The notes under the pieces: model-generated
The model's input: the letters and a program-made list of their open reading frames with translations, nothing else
Database searches by the model: none
Told to the model about the DNA's origin: nothing
Shown here: positions 19,055 through 27,979 of the stretch, in pieces
Layout of the letters: the number at the start of each line of letters is the position of its first letter
Position numbering within the stretch: position 1 is the stretch's first letter
Made by a program: the position numbers and the translations under genes
Source of the DNA: Gemmatimonadales bacterium
GTDB taxonomy: Bacteria > Gemmatimonadota > Gemmatimonadetes > Gemmatimonadales > GWC2-71-9
Length of the DNA: 64,000 nt
Direction: 5' to 3'
Assembly: GCA_035501775.1 (NCBI GenBank)
Contig: DATJVM010000006.1
Coordinates: 111,948-175,947, forward strand

Positions 19055-19519
19055 TCACCACTGCCGCTCGTAGCGACCCTCCATGACCGGGAACCAGCGC
19101 TTTCCGTCCGGCGAGGCCTCCATGCGGAACGTGTACCGCCTGGGCTCGCGAAAATCCCAGGCCGCCCGGGTGCGGCCTTCAGCCCGAACGCACTGCAGTG
19201 ACAGGAGGCCGTCGTCGAAGGTCCCCCGGTATTCGGTCGGATCCTGCCCCAGCGAGTCGAACCAGTGCAGCACGTACTCCTGGCGCTCCGGGTCCCAGCG
19301 GAACAGGCCGTGCGCGCGGAGCGTGGTCCGACCCGCCCGCTCCTGGGCATAGTCCTGGATGACCGCAAAGCCTTCGAGGCCGAGCACGTTGCGGACGGTG
19401 GACAAGGCCTTGGCACCCTGGGGATCCTGGGGGGTGGGGTGAATCACCTCCTCCCCGCGCCAGGATCCGACGAGCCGCTCCAGTCGGCGGTGGGGTTCTG
19501 TCAGGGCGGGTAACTGCAT
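19055..19519 (-). CDS. DUF1579-like protein
   Basis: ATG at 19519 (MQLPALTEPHRRLERLVGSWRGEE...). 154 aa. The upstream extension is rejected. Confidence 0.72.
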   Translation of the reverse strand: MQLPALTEPHRRLERLVGSWRGEEVIHPTPQDPQGAKALSTVRNVLGLEGFAVIQDYAQERAGRTTLRAHGLFRWDPERQEYVLHWFDSLGQDPTEYRGTFDDGLLSLQCVRAEGRTRAAWDFREPRRYTFRMEASPDGKRWFPVMEGRYERQW

Positions 19520-19554
19520 CGGCAACCTCTCGCGCGCGGAACGGTCGTGAGCCG

Positions 19555-19947
19555 TCAGGCCGGTGGGGCCGGAGGCGAAGGCAGCTTGCGCCGTCCTCGC
19601 CAGGTGAGCACCAGGTAGGCCGCGGCGGCGATCAGGCTCCAGCAGGCCCAGTTGACGGTAGCGAGCACCGTGGTTCCGAAGCCCCGCATGGGAATGTGGC
19701 CGCCGTGGATGACGTGCGTGAGAATGTCCCCACCATGCAAGCCGCAGCAGAACCCGAACAGGGTCAAGACCTCGATCCCGGGCAGGTGGAGGATGGCGAT
19801 CGGGACTTCCCACCATGGCGCATTGGGGACCAGCCCCGAGCCATAGTAGGGGAAGCCGCGTACGTAGACGGACAGGCTGGCCACCCCTTGGAGCAGCAGG
19901 ATTCCGGCGATCAAGCCCAGGAAACCGGGGCGTCTCCCACCCAGCAT
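19555..19947 (-). CDS. membrane protein, hypothetical
   Basis: ATG 19947 is preferred to TTG 19995. Four hydrophobic segments with Cys/His-rich loops (FGFCCGLHGGDILTHVIHGGHIPM). Confidence 0.6.
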   Translation of the reverse strand: MLGGRRPGFLGLIAGILLLQGVASLSVYVRGFPYYGSGLVPNAPWWEVPIAILHLPGIEVLTLFGFCCGLHGGDILTHVIHGGHIPMRGFGTTVLATVNWACWSLIAAAAYLVLTWRGRRKLPSPPAPPA

Positions 19948-20032
19948 GAACCGAAGGCCTCCGTATCGTACGACGGACTGGAATGCAGTCCGCAATGTCT
20001 CCGGGGGGACCGTCTGGCGCCAGTCGGCCGGA

Positions 20033-20887
20033 TCAGCCCGCGCCGGTGGGTACGGTGCCGCTCAGGCGCCGCAAGCTCTTGCCGTGAAGCAGTCGGCGCC
20101 ACCACGCGGGCCGCGGCCTGAGCCACGCCAGCGTCGCCTCGGGGCGCCCGCCCGCCGCCTCGACCGCCAGCACCGCCGCGAATGGAGCCGACCCGACCAG
20201 GCGCTGCAGGTCCGGCGAGTGGGTCCGGAGGAACCGGGCCGCGGCCTCGGTGGAATGTTCGGTCAGCCCCATCACGACCCAGCAGGCGCAGTGGGTTGCC
20301 GGATGTGTGCCTTTGTAGAGGAACCCGAAGTCCGCGCCGCCGCGCGCCTCGAACACCTCGGGCGAGACGAGGCTCCGGAAGGCGTCCGGATTTCGGAAGG
20401 CGACCAGGCGCGGCTCACAGGTGTCCAGAACCTGCTGGGACTTGAAGTGACTGCCGATCGCCACGAAGTCTTCGCCCCAGCCCTTTCGGTCGCGGTCGAT
20501 GGCCCGGAAGCTGACTGTCAGCGAGGGGATCTGGCTGGTGAGAAAGCCGACGACTTCGGCTGCGGCCCGGACGTCGCCGGCTGCGTAGACTTCGGGGATG
20601 CCGGTCCATTTCTGGACCGTGAGGGTTCCCGAGCTCCCGGGTGGATACTCCGGGCTCCGCGAGAAGAACTCGGCGCTCGGGACGAACATCCCGCGCAGGA
20701 AGAGCCCGACCCCCCCGTCTCGCTGTCCCAGCCTGCCGAGCAACTGATGCACCCGGGTTGGTCCATTCCGGCGGCGCACCCGGAAACCGATGAAGACCGC
20801 GAGCAGGGCGAGCGCGGCACCGAGCAGGGCTGCCGGGACGGGGCCCGGCCACTCGAGGAGCGGAAAGGAGGAGGCTGTGGCTGGCAT
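20033..20887 (-). CDS. N-terminally membrane-anchored protein of unknown function
   Basis: 284 aa. One TM helix (PVPAALLGAALALLAVFIGF) followed by a ~230-aa soluble domain. No family recognised. Confidence 0.65.
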   Translation of the reverse strand: MPATASSFPLLEWPGPVPAALLGAALALLAVFIGFRVRRRNGPTRVHQLLGRLGQRDGGVGLFLRGMFVPSAEFFSRSPEYPPGSSGTLTVQKWTGIPEVYAAGDVRAAAEVVGFLTSQIPSLTVSFRAIDRDRKGWGEDFVAIGSHFKSQQVLDTCEPRLVAFRNPDAFRSLVSPEVFEARGGADFGFLYKGTHPATHCACWVVMGLTEHSTEAAARFLRTHSPDLQRLVGSAPFAAVLAVEAAGGRPEATLAWLRPRPAWWRRLLHGKSLRRLSGTVPTGAG

Positions 20888-21005
20888 CTGTCCTCCGGTC
20901 GGACGGACTATTCCCGGGTACGACAGGCTTAACGGTCCGGGCCCGGTTCTCGTCGTGTCGAACAGGGATCAGGCTGTTACCACACCCGGATCATGGGGAG
21001 GATCG

Positions 21006-21320
21006 ATGTCTCACGCAAGCCGAATCGCGAACGGTGTCCTCTTGCTGCTGGGCCTTGCCACCGGCGCCTGCGCGCCCCCGCCGCCGCCCGGCGCGGTGTT
21101 CGTGGAGCGCCGCCCGCCGGAGGACCGGGTGGAGGTAGTGGGCGTCGCCCCGGGGCCGGCCTATGTGTGGGTGGGGGGATTCTGGCGCTGGTCCGGGCGT
21201 GATTACAACTGGGTTCCGGGGCGGTGGGCGGTCCCGGAGCGCGGCTACCGCCGATGGGCGCCGGGGCGCTGGCGGCACTCCCGCGGCGGCTGGTTCTACG
21301 TCGAAGGGCGCTGGCGCTAG
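21006..21320 (+). CDS. YXWGXW-repeat lipoprotein
   Basis: The ATG is preceded by GGGGAGGA. Lipobox LLGLATGAC. Repeats YVWVGGFWRW, YNWVPGRWAV, YRRWAPGRWRH and GWFYVEGRW. Confidence 0.8.
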   Translation: MSHASRIANGVLLLLGLATGACAPPPPPGAVFVERRPPEDRVEVVGVAPGPAYVWVGGFWRWSGRDYNWVPGRWAVPERGYRRWAPGRWRHSRGGWFYVEGRWR

Positions 21321-21324
21321 CGCC

Positions 21325-21666
21325 CTACCGGACCGGCGCCCGTTTCGCGGGCAAGAAGCCGAGCCGATTCGCCGCCTCGCCGGTCGCGGCCTGCAGGAAG
21401 ACCTGCGCGATCGCCTCGTAGGCCACGGCGGTCTGACAGGTCGCGCTCTCCACGAGCGACACGGCCGCCGGGAAGTCGAAGCTGCCCCGCGCCGGGCCCT
21501 GCGGCGCGTAGATCTCGAGCATGACGTAGCCGGGTGCCGCCTCCACCACGTCGCGCACCAGGAGCTCGCGGCCGTCGTGCAGAATCATTCGCACCACCGG
21601 CGTCCCGGCGAGGCCCTGCGCCTGCGCCTCCAGGCCGGTGGTGAAGTAGCGGGCGTCGAAGGTCAT
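21325..21666 (-). CDS. hypothetical protein
   Basis: ATG at 21666 (MTFDARYFTTGLEAQ...). 113 aa. No family recognised. Confidence 0.55.
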   Translation of the reverse strand: MTFDARYFTTGLEAQAQGLAGTPVVRMILHDGRELLVRDVVEAAPGYVMLEIYAPQGPARGSFDFPAAVSLVESATCQTAVAYEAIAQVFLQAATGEAANRLGFLPAKRAPVR

Positions 21667-21689
21667 AGGATGTCCTTCTCCGCGTCGGA

Positions 21690-21944
21690 TCACTGACTGG
21701 CCGCGATCGAGTCTTCCCGCGCCACCCGCGCGCGGGCGCTGTCCGAGGCGTCGAGCGCCTTCTGCACGGCGGGCGCCCCGGGTACCTGGGACTGGCCGAT
21801 CACGCTGTCGGTCTGTCGCTCGGTGCGGCCCGTACTGGTCTTGGGAGTCGACGAGGCGCACCCCGCCACCAGGATCAGGACGAGACCGGAGGCGCCGCGC
21901 CGCCAGCTCACGCGCCCGCGGGGCCAAGCGGATTCATTTCTCAC
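21690..21944 (-). CDS. small lipoprotein, hypothetical
   Basis: GTG at 21944 gives MRNESAWPRGRVSWRRGASGLVLILVAGC (lipobox). The longer ORF-track N-terminus is rejected. Confidence 0.5.
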   Translation of the reverse strand: MRNESAWPRGRVSWRRGASGLVLILVAGCASSTPKTSTGRTERQTDSVIGQSQVPGAPAVQKALDASDSARARVAREDSIAASQ

Positions 21945-22395
21945 GACGCGAGCCACGGCGCAGGAGCTCCAGAAACATGATGATGACGTTGACTCCGGCG
22001 CAGGCCGCGCCGAGCAGCAGAAGCCAGATGGCAGTGCGACGGAGGATCGGACCCCGGTGCACGCCGACACTCACCAGAGCGGCCTTGGCGGTCAGCAGTG
22101 TGATCGCCGCCGAGAAGAAGAACAACTGGAAGAGCAGGAGAGGACGGTATCCCAGGTCCGTGAACAGCCAGTAGAGGCCGATTCCCACCAGTACCCAGGC
22201 AAGGATCCCCGCCCGGGTTGTATCGCCGAGCGGGAGGTCGCGAATCAGTGGCACCACGAGGAGCCCGATTACGACCAGCCACAGCAGCAGCTTGAGACCG
22301 GTCCGCCAGACGCGGCTCCCCAGCCATGGGCGGCTGCGCTCTCTCTCGGGAGAGGACACGGCGATCCTTTCGGCCCCCTCTCCCTGATCAGCCAC
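21934..22395 (-). CDS. membrane protein, hypothetical
   Basis: GTG start and four TM segments. 8-nt overlap with the DoxX gene stop. Confidence 0.6.
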   Translation of the reverse strand: MADQGEGAERIAVSSPERERSRPWLGSRVWRTGLKLLLWLVVIGLLVVPLIRDLPLGDTTRAGILAWVLVGIGLYWLFTDLGYRPLLLFQLFFFSAAITLLTAKAALVSVGVHRGPILRRTAIWLLLLGAACAGVNVIIMFLELLRRGSRREK

Positions 22396-22789
22396 GCCCG
22401 CGGCTCAGGAGACTATCGATGCTCCAGACGCCCGAGCCACGGGAGGCGATGAACAGCATCGCGAAGCAGTAAAACGCCGCGTCCTCGCCGTGATTCAGGA
22501 TGGGGAAGAAGCCCTGCGGAAGATGCACCTTGAAGTACGCGACGGCCATCTCGCCACTCGCCAGGAACGCCGCCAGGCTCGCCTGCCACCCGAGAAGGAT
22601 GAGCGTGCCCGCACCGAACTCGATGAACCCGGCGACGATCGGCAACGCGGGTCCGCCCCAGACCATCCGACCGCCCAGGACGCCAAACAGCTTCTGCGCG
22701 CCGTGACAGGCGTAGAGGAAGGCCGTGACGATTCGGAACAGCGCGTAGATCCGGTCAGAGTGGCGGTGCAACCAGCCGAGCGGGGCCAT
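22388..22789 (-). CDS. DoxX-family membrane protein
   Basis: LFRIVTAFLYACHGAQKLFG...AGFIEFGAGTLILLG...GEMAVAYF. Confidence 0.9.
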   Translation of the reverse strand: MAPLGWLHRHSDRIYALFRIVTAFLYACHGAQKLFGVLGGRMVWGGPALPIVAGFIEFGAGTLILLGWQASLAAFLASGEMAVAYFKVHLPQGFFPILNHGEDAAFYCFAMLFIASRGSGVWSIDSLLSRGRG

Positions 22790-22877
22790 TGGTATCCTCA
22801 GCGGGGTAGACCTGCGGGACGTGGGGCGGCCATCAATGTTTCACGGCCGCCCCGCCAGCGCCAGCCCGGAGAGGTCA

Positions 22878-23651
22878 TCAGGGCGATGCGTCACTCAATG
22901 GGCGGAGCCAGATGTTCCGGTAGCGGACCGGGTTGCCGTGGTCCTGCAGTGCTAGCGGAAGCCGTTCGGGATGGGCGGTGTAAGGTGGCCGCCGCTGGTG
23001 CGCGGTGGGGCCGGTCAGGGTGACGTTGTCCTGCACCAGGACGCCATTGTGGAACACAGTCACCCGGGCCGGCCGGAGCAACTCGCCGGAGGCCCGGAAG
23101 CGGGGCCCGTGGAAAATGATGTCGTAACTCTGCCAGGTGCCCGGCGGACGCGAAGCATTCACGAGTGGCGGATATTGGCCGTAGAGCGCGGCCGCCTGCC
23201 CATCCGGATAGGTCGGGTTCTGGTACGAGTCGAGGACCTGGACCTCGTAGAGTCCCATCAGAAAGACACCGCTGTTCCCCCGCTCCTGCCCCGTGCCGAC
23301 GGCCGGAACCGGCGCGGCCCACTCCACGTGAAGCTGCACATCGCCAAAGCTGTCGCGCGTGGCGATCGCACCCGTTCCGGGCACGACCTCGAAATACCCA
23401 TCCTGCACTTTCCAGGGGGCCGGGCCGCCCGTGCTGTCCGCCCGCCGCCACCGCTCGAGCGAGCTTCCATTGAAGAGAATCACCGCGTCCGAGGGTGGAG
23501 GGACAAAGCCGGAGGTGGGGTCGGTCGTGACCACCGGAGGGGCGGGGCGATCCATCGAATGTTGTGGCCAGGAGATGGACACCTGGGCGGCAGCCGCGGA
23601 CGGCACCAGGACCGTCAACGCGAGGGCGAAGCTTCTCGGAGTGGGGCTCAC
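22878..23651 (-). CDS. DUF1080 / 3-keto-disaccharide hydrolase-like secreted protein
   Basis: WKVQDGYFEVVPG...FGDVQLHVEW...GNSGVFLMG...LALQDHGNPVRYRNIWLRPL. Signal peptide RSFALALTVLVPSAAAAQ. Start is GTG 23651 or GTG 23702. Confidence 0.86.
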   Translation of the reverse strand: MSPTPRSFALALTVLVPSAAAAQVSISWPQHSMDRPAPPVVTTDPTSGFVPPPSDAVILFNGSSLERWRRADSTGGPAPWKVQDGYFEVVPGTGAIATRDSFGDVQLHVEWAAPVPAVGTGQERGNSGVFLMGLYEVQVLDSYQNPTYPDGQAAALYGQYPPLVNASRPPGTWQSYDIIFHGPRFRASGELLRPARVTVFHNGVLVQDNVTLTGPTAHQRRPPYTAHPERLPLALQDHGNPVRYRNIWLRPLSDASP

Positions 23652-23676
23652 GGACGTCTCGGGGGAGGAGAGTGGT

Positions 23677-24147
23677 CTATCGCCGCGTCGCCGCGGGGGC
23701 ACCTCGCACGAAGGCGATGTAATCCGTTGGGGCGGGAGCTGCGCCGATACCGCGGAGCAGCAGCGCGATCTGGCCGCGATGGTAGGCGCCGTGGAGGCAC
23801 ACGTGGAGTATGATGTCCAGGACTCTGGAGGAAAAGGCCTGTCCGGCGCTATTCACATACGCGACTTCCCGGTGAAGATCGGGCGAGGCGAGTCCCTGCA
23901 GGAAGTCGCGCCAGCCTCGCTGCGCGTCGCGTGCCGCGGCCTCGAGATCCCCGAGCGCCACGGCTGGCCACACCGCCAGGCGCGAGGTGGATCCCGCCAA
24001 CCGGGACAGCCATACCTCCTCAGCGCCCAGGATATGTGCATACAGCTCCACCGCCCGAGGTGGGGGCGCGGAGCAGGCCCGGAGCGCGTCGCGCACCCGG
24101 TCGTCCGCCCAGACAAGATGGTCGAAGAGGCGATGAAAGTCGGCCAC
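23677..24147 (-). CDS. DinB-family protein
   Basis: GTG 24147 (MADFHRLFDHLVWADDRV) lies 2 nt after the stop of the upstream small gene. C-terminal HVCLHGAYHRGQIALLLR. Confidence 0.8.
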   Translation of the reverse strand: MADFHRLFDHLVWADDRVRDALRACSAPPPRAVELYAHILGAEEVWLSRLAGSTSRLAVWPAVALGDLEAAARDAQRGWRDFLQGLASPDLHREVAYVNSAGQAFSSRVLDIILHVCLHGAYHRGQIALLLRGIGAAPAPTDYIAFVRGAPAATRR

Positions 24148-24149
24148 CC

Positions 24150-24353
24150 TCAGCTGCCTGGCTTCCAGAGCGCGGCGTCGATGATGGACCAGAAATGCAC
24201 CAGCCAGCCCAGGAGGAAGAACCACAGTACACCCGCCGACACGAACATGACCAGCGCCATGATTGGTCGGCCCTGCAGTAACTGCCCGAGACCCGGGATG
24301 AAAAAGCTGGCTAGCGCCGCGATCACATTGCCCGTCGACCCCTGACCTGCCAC
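24150..24353 (-). CDS. small two-TM membrane protein (PGLGQ motif)
   Basis: 67 aa: GNVIAALASFFIPGLGQLLQGRP, followed by a second TM helix. Confidence 0.7.
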   Translation of the reverse strand: MAGQGSTGNVIAALASFFIPGLGQLLQGRPIMALVMFVSAGVLWFFLLGWLVHFWSIIDAALWKPGS

Positions 24354-24485
24354 GAGTGCCTCTCCTACTGAATGTGGCTGTCACTACGGGCGAGCGTTTC
24401 CGCGCGTTTCACGACGGGACGTCGCGGGACAAGAGACTCCAATGTCCAATGCGACGAGGAGAAGCGCCAGTAGCTCGATGGCGCT

Positions 24486-24986
24486 TCAGGCGAGCAATTC
24501 GTGCCGACCTTGAACCTCGCTTGCCGCCGTGCCACCTCTCCACCGCACGTGCACGGTCTTGACGCAGGTCGCGTGAACCACCCCATCATGGTCGCGGAGC
24601 GACACGTCGAAGTCCCGCTCCAGCTTGCCGCGGGCCTGCGCCGTACGCCTGATCTCCGCGATCTCATCCTCCGAGAGGGTAAAGCGAGCAAAGAGAGTGT
24701 CGCGGCCGGGTCGGAGGAAGCGGATCACGGCGGCCTTGTCCCAGACCGTGTATTCAGGGCCGAGCGCCTGGATGAGCATCACCATGTAGATCGGATCGAG
24801 GGCGCCGTACAGACTGCCGCCGAAGATCGTGCCGACGTAATTCCGGGTGCGCCAGGAGAGCGGGAGGTGGATGCGGATCTCGCGCCAGTCGGCGGCGATG
24901 TAATCGACGCGGGCGCCCGTGCCCCGGTAGGCGGGGAAGAAGTTGAAACGCCAGCGTGCAAGGCGGGTACGCCACGACTCGGGCAT
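24486..24986 (-). CDS. DUF4442 / YiiD_C-like hotdog-fold protein
   Basis: FNFFPAYRGTGARV...RNYVGTIFGGSLYGALDPIYMVML...YTVWDKAAVIRFLRPG. Confidence 0.8.
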   Translation of the reverse strand: MPESWRTRLARWRFNFFPAYRGTGARVDYIAADWREIRIHLPLSWRTRNYVGTIFGGSLYGALDPIYMVMLIQALGPEYTVWDKAAVIRFLRPGRDTLFARFTLSEDEIAEIRRTAQARGKLERDFDVSLRDHDGVVHATCVKTVHVRWRGGTAASEVQGRHELLA

Positions 24987-25036
24987 GACTCAGGAGTCAG
25001 GGTGCGGCGCCGCCTGCCTGCTCCGGCGCCGGCGGG

Positions 25037-26011
25037 TCATGGGATCAGGACGCTCGAGCCCGTGGTCCGCCGGGCCTCGAGGTCACGGTGCGCTTGGGCC
25101 GCCTGGTCCAGCGGGTACTTCCGCTCAACCGCGATCCGGACCTTGCCGCTCACCACGATCTCGAAGAGGTCGCGCGCCATTGCCTCGAGGTCTGCGCGCC
25201 TGGCGGTGTAGGTGGCCAGCAGCGGGCGGGTGAGAAAGAGGGAGCCCTTGTGGGCGAGGAGCGCTGGCTCGATAGCCGGAGCCGGCCCGGACGCATTGCC
25301 AAAGCTCACCATGAGGCCCATGGGGCGCAGGCAGTCGAGCGAGTCGAGAAAGGTGTCCCGCCCCACCGAGTCGTATACGACGGCCACCCCGGCGCCGCCC
25401 GTGAGCTCACGAGCCACCTCGACGAAACGCTGGGTCCGATAGTTGATGCAGTGCGCGGCTCCATGGCGCAGGGCGAGCGCGCATTTCTCGTCGGAGCCGG
25501 CCGTGCCAATCACTCGCGCGCCCAGCGCATTGAGCCACTGGCACGCGATCAGCCCCACGCCTCCGGCGGCCGCGTGAAACAGGACTGCGTCGCCCGGTTT
25601 GACGGGATAGGTCCGGCGGATGAGGTACTGGACGGTCAGTCCCTTGAGCATCATGCCGGCGGCCTGCTCGAAGGTGACCTCGGCGGGCAGGAGACAGAGT
25701 CGGTCGGCGGGGACCGTCCGGAGATCGGCGTAGGCTCCGAGAGGACCGCCGGCGTAGGCCACTCGGTCGCCGGGCCTGACCGATGTGACACCGGGGCCCA
25801 CCCTCTCCACGACTCCCGCACCTTCGCTCCCCGCGCCCGAGGGCAGCGGCACCCGGTACACGCCGTTTCGCTGGTAGACATCCACCATATTGAGGCCGCA
25901 CGCGTACTGGCGTACCAGCGCCTCGCCGGGGCCCGGCTCTGGGTCGGGGAACTCCTCGAGGCGGAGCACCTCCGGGCCCCCCACGGCGTGGAAGCGAATC
26001 CCGCGGGCCAT
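25037..26011 (-). CDS. NADPH:quinone oxidoreductase (zeta-crystallin/Qor family MDR)
   Basis: ATG at 26011 (MARGIRFHAVGGPEVL). FHAAAGGVGLIACQW Rossmann motif. 324 aa. The 220-aa upstream extension is rejected because it overlaps another gene. Confidence 0.95.
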   Translation of the reverse strand: MARGIRFHAVGGPEVLRLEEFPDPEPGPGEALVRQYACGLNMVDVYQRNGVYRVPLPSGAGSEGAGVVERVGPGVTSVRPGDRVAYAGGPLGAYADLRTVPADRLCLLPAEVTFEQAAGMMLKGLTVQYLIRRTYPVKPGDAVLFHAAAGGVGLIACQWLNALGARVIGTAGSDEKCALALRHGAAHCINYRTQRFVEVARELTGGAGVAVVYDSVGRDTFLDSLDCLRPMGLMVSFGNASGPAPAIEPALLAHKGSLFLTRPLLATYTARRADLEAMARDLFEIVVSGKVRIAVERKYPLDQAAQAHRDLEARRTTGSSVLIP

Positions 26012-26016
26012 GGGGT

Positions 26017-26619
26017 TCAGCGCCCCTCCCGGGCGGACCGATCCACTTCCGCCACTCGCCGGCGCGCCAGATCCCAATCCACCCTCGGCGCGACGGCCTC
26101 GTCGTCGAGGAGAAGGCTCGCTTCCGCGCGCGCGATGACGGCCTTGCCCGTCTCGCCGGGAAGACTGCGCCCCAGCTCCAGCTCGGCTCGACGGCAGAGA
26201 CGCTCTTCCTTGGCTTTCATCGCGGGACCTACTCGTGCGCCCGAAGCGGCAACCCGGGCGTGCATGCCCTCGTGTACCAGGCTCGCGGCGACTTCCTCCG
26301 CAGTGTGAGCGGGATTCACCAGGAAGGTCAACTCGATCAGGCAGGTTCGTTCTTCGGGAAAGAGCGCGGCCCGGCAGGCAAAGCGCTGCACCAGGATCCC
26401 CGACAGGTCGCGACGCAGATGGCGGCCTCGCCACGGAGCGTACCGATCGATCAGGGCGAGCGCGGCCCCGAGCCGCGCCAGGGCGTCCTCCGATCGAATA
26501 TCGGGCCGGGTGTTGAAAACGACGACGGGCAGCCCCGCGATCTCGACCTGTTCGGGCTGGGGACCACTGGTGGCCTGCGTGATGGTCCCGAGCAATCGTT
26601 TGAGCGCGTCTCCCAGCAT
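26017..26619 (-). CDS. hypothetical protein with HExxH motif
   Basis: 200 aa. ASLVHEGMHARV lies within a predicted helix. No family recognised. The stop is 5 nt before the qor-like start. Confidence 0.65.
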   Translation of the reverse strand: MLGDALKRLLGTITQATSGPQPEQVEIAGLPVVVFNTRPDIRSEDALARLGAALALIDRYAPWRGRHLRRDLSGILVQRFACRAALFPEERTCLIELTFLVNPAHTAEEVAASLVHEGMHARVAASGARVGPAMKAKEERLCRRAELELGRSLPGETGKAVIARAEASLLLDDEAVAPRVDWDLARRRVAEVDRSAREGR

Positions 26620-26727
26620 CGCCGACCATCCTATTCAAAGACCAGGCTTGGGCTCCGGCACGGGAGCCCGCCCCGCATCGCAAGCTGATGGAACCGTCCC
26701 GCCCTCGCCAGTGGCGAAGGCCGGGGG

Positions 26728-27597
26728 TCAGTTCGCCGCTCCGATGGGGACCAACCGAAGCCAGAAGTTGGGAACCGGTCGAATCAACCGCTCGCGCGCG
26801 CCTCGAGCAGCGCTCGTCAACACCGCGCCAAGTGGGCGCGGCACCGGGTTGGTCGCGGCCTTCGAAACGACTACCACCGACCCGGCGCCCAGCCGCCAGC
26901 GCTCTCCAACCACGCCGTCCGGCCCATGCGCCTGGCCGCAGGAGGCGCCCAACAACGCCTGGAGCATGGCCCTCAGTCGGGGGCCGCCCTCGACCCAGAC
27001 CTCGGCCAAGCGGATGACCTGGTTCGGATGCGCCACGATCGAATCCGGTTCCGGCGGGAGCTCCCAGCCGTAGCCGAAGAAGAGTGCGCCGGCGTCAGAT
27101 CCCGGGGCAAAGCTCAGAAAACGAAAGGCTCCGGATTGAGACCGGACCGAAGTCAGGCCAGCCTGCCGCGCCCGAGCCGCGACCGCGTGGAGCGCCGCGG
27201 TCTTGAGGGCGACGTAGGCGCCGCCTTCCCCGGCTTGGAGGAGGCCGGCGTAATCGCGGGCCATCTGATCCAGCGGCGGACCGGTCAAGGTCATCAGCTC
27301 GATCTCGGTGCCATTCCGAAACTTGATGTGGCTGTTCAACAGGTTGCCGGGATGGAGGCGTCCGGGCTTGAGGAGAAAGCCCGCGGAGCTGAAAGCCGCC
27401 GCCGTCGAATCGAGGTTGCGGACCACCAGGACGACGTGATCGAGGCGGGGGGCATAGGATGGTGGCGCGCAGCCGCCCTGGGGTTCCGATTGGGCGGCAA
27501 GCCTCGGTACCCAGGCGAGCGCCAGCAGAACGCGGAGGTGCCACCCTCCCCTTCGATGTCGCGGAGCGATCGGTGTGTGCCTGGCGTCCACCTTCAC
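26728..27597 (-). CDS. secreted glyoxalase-like (VOC, Glyoxalase_5-type) domain protein
   Basis: LDHVVLVVRNLDSTAAAFSSAGFLLKPGRLHPGNLLNSHIKFRNGTEIELM. Signal-like WHLRVLLALAWVPRLAAQ. GTG 27597 forms a GTGA overlap with the upstream small ORF. Confidence 0.75.
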   Translation of the reverse strand: MKVDARHTPIAPRHRRGGWHLRVLLALAWVPRLAAQSEPQGGCAPPSYAPRLDHVVLVVRNLDSTAAAFSSAGFLLKPGRLHPGNLLNSHIKFRNGTEIELMTLTGPPLDQMARDYAGLLQAGEGGAYVALKTAALHAVAARARQAGLTSVRSQSGAFRFLSFAPGSDAGALFFGYGWELPPEPDSIVAHPNQVIRLAEVWVEGGPRLRAMLQALLGASCGQAHGPDGVVGERWRLGAGSVVVVSKAATNPVPRPLGAVLTSAARGARERLIRPVPNFWLRLVPIGAAN

Positions 27598-27833
27598 CGA
27601 CCGGCTATCACCGCATACTGAGCTGTGGCAATGAGCGCGACCAGCACGACGCTGAACCTGTCGACCGGCGCCCCGCGGGAGGCATCGCCGCACTCGAGCG
27701 CGCGGCAACAGCAGAGCCAGGAGGCCCCGTTGGCAGGGGCCGACAGCACCAGGCACAGGACGGCGCGGGGCGCGATGCCTAGCGGATTGGGCCATTTCGT
27801 GTTCGCGGCCACGATGATCGAAAGAATTGCCAC
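27594..27833 (-). CDS. possible small three-TM membrane protein
   Basis: GTG start and 79 aa with three hydrophobic stretches. High GC3. The stop overlaps the GTG of the next gene. The antisense plus-strand ORF looks like junk. Confidence 0.4.
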   Translation of the reverse strand: MAILSIIVAANTKWPNPLGIAPRAVLCLVLSAPANGASWLCCCRALECGDASRGAPVDRFSVVLVALIATAQYAVIAGR

Positions 27834-27979
27834 GATGCGAAGATCGCCGTCAGGGGCCCGCGAACCCGGCGGAGAGGACCGCCCACGCGAAGTTTTTGGG
27901 GGGTCGGCATGTGAGGCTCGGTCGGGGCATGGGACTGCGCTGGCATCGAGGACCTGCTCGCGCGCCCGAACAGCGGCCT

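Noticed and set aside
19421-19440. TGGCAC strings here and at about 38191, 54701 and 55591, checked as sigma-54 -24 elements.
   Set aside because: None is followed by a TTGC(A/T) -12 element at the required 5-nt spacing, and all lie inside coding regions.
26012-26683. The N-terminal 224-aa extension of the quinone oxidoreductase ORF (ORF track 25037-26683).
   Set aside because: The extension is Arg/Gly/Ser junk. It overlaps the separately framed HExxH ORF. The Qor family begins at MARGIRFHAVGGPEVL (ATG 26011). The same logic was applied to the extensions of ORFs 18349-19416, 19055-19816, 42626-43882, 43123-43926, 46415-47329, 52724-53605 and others.
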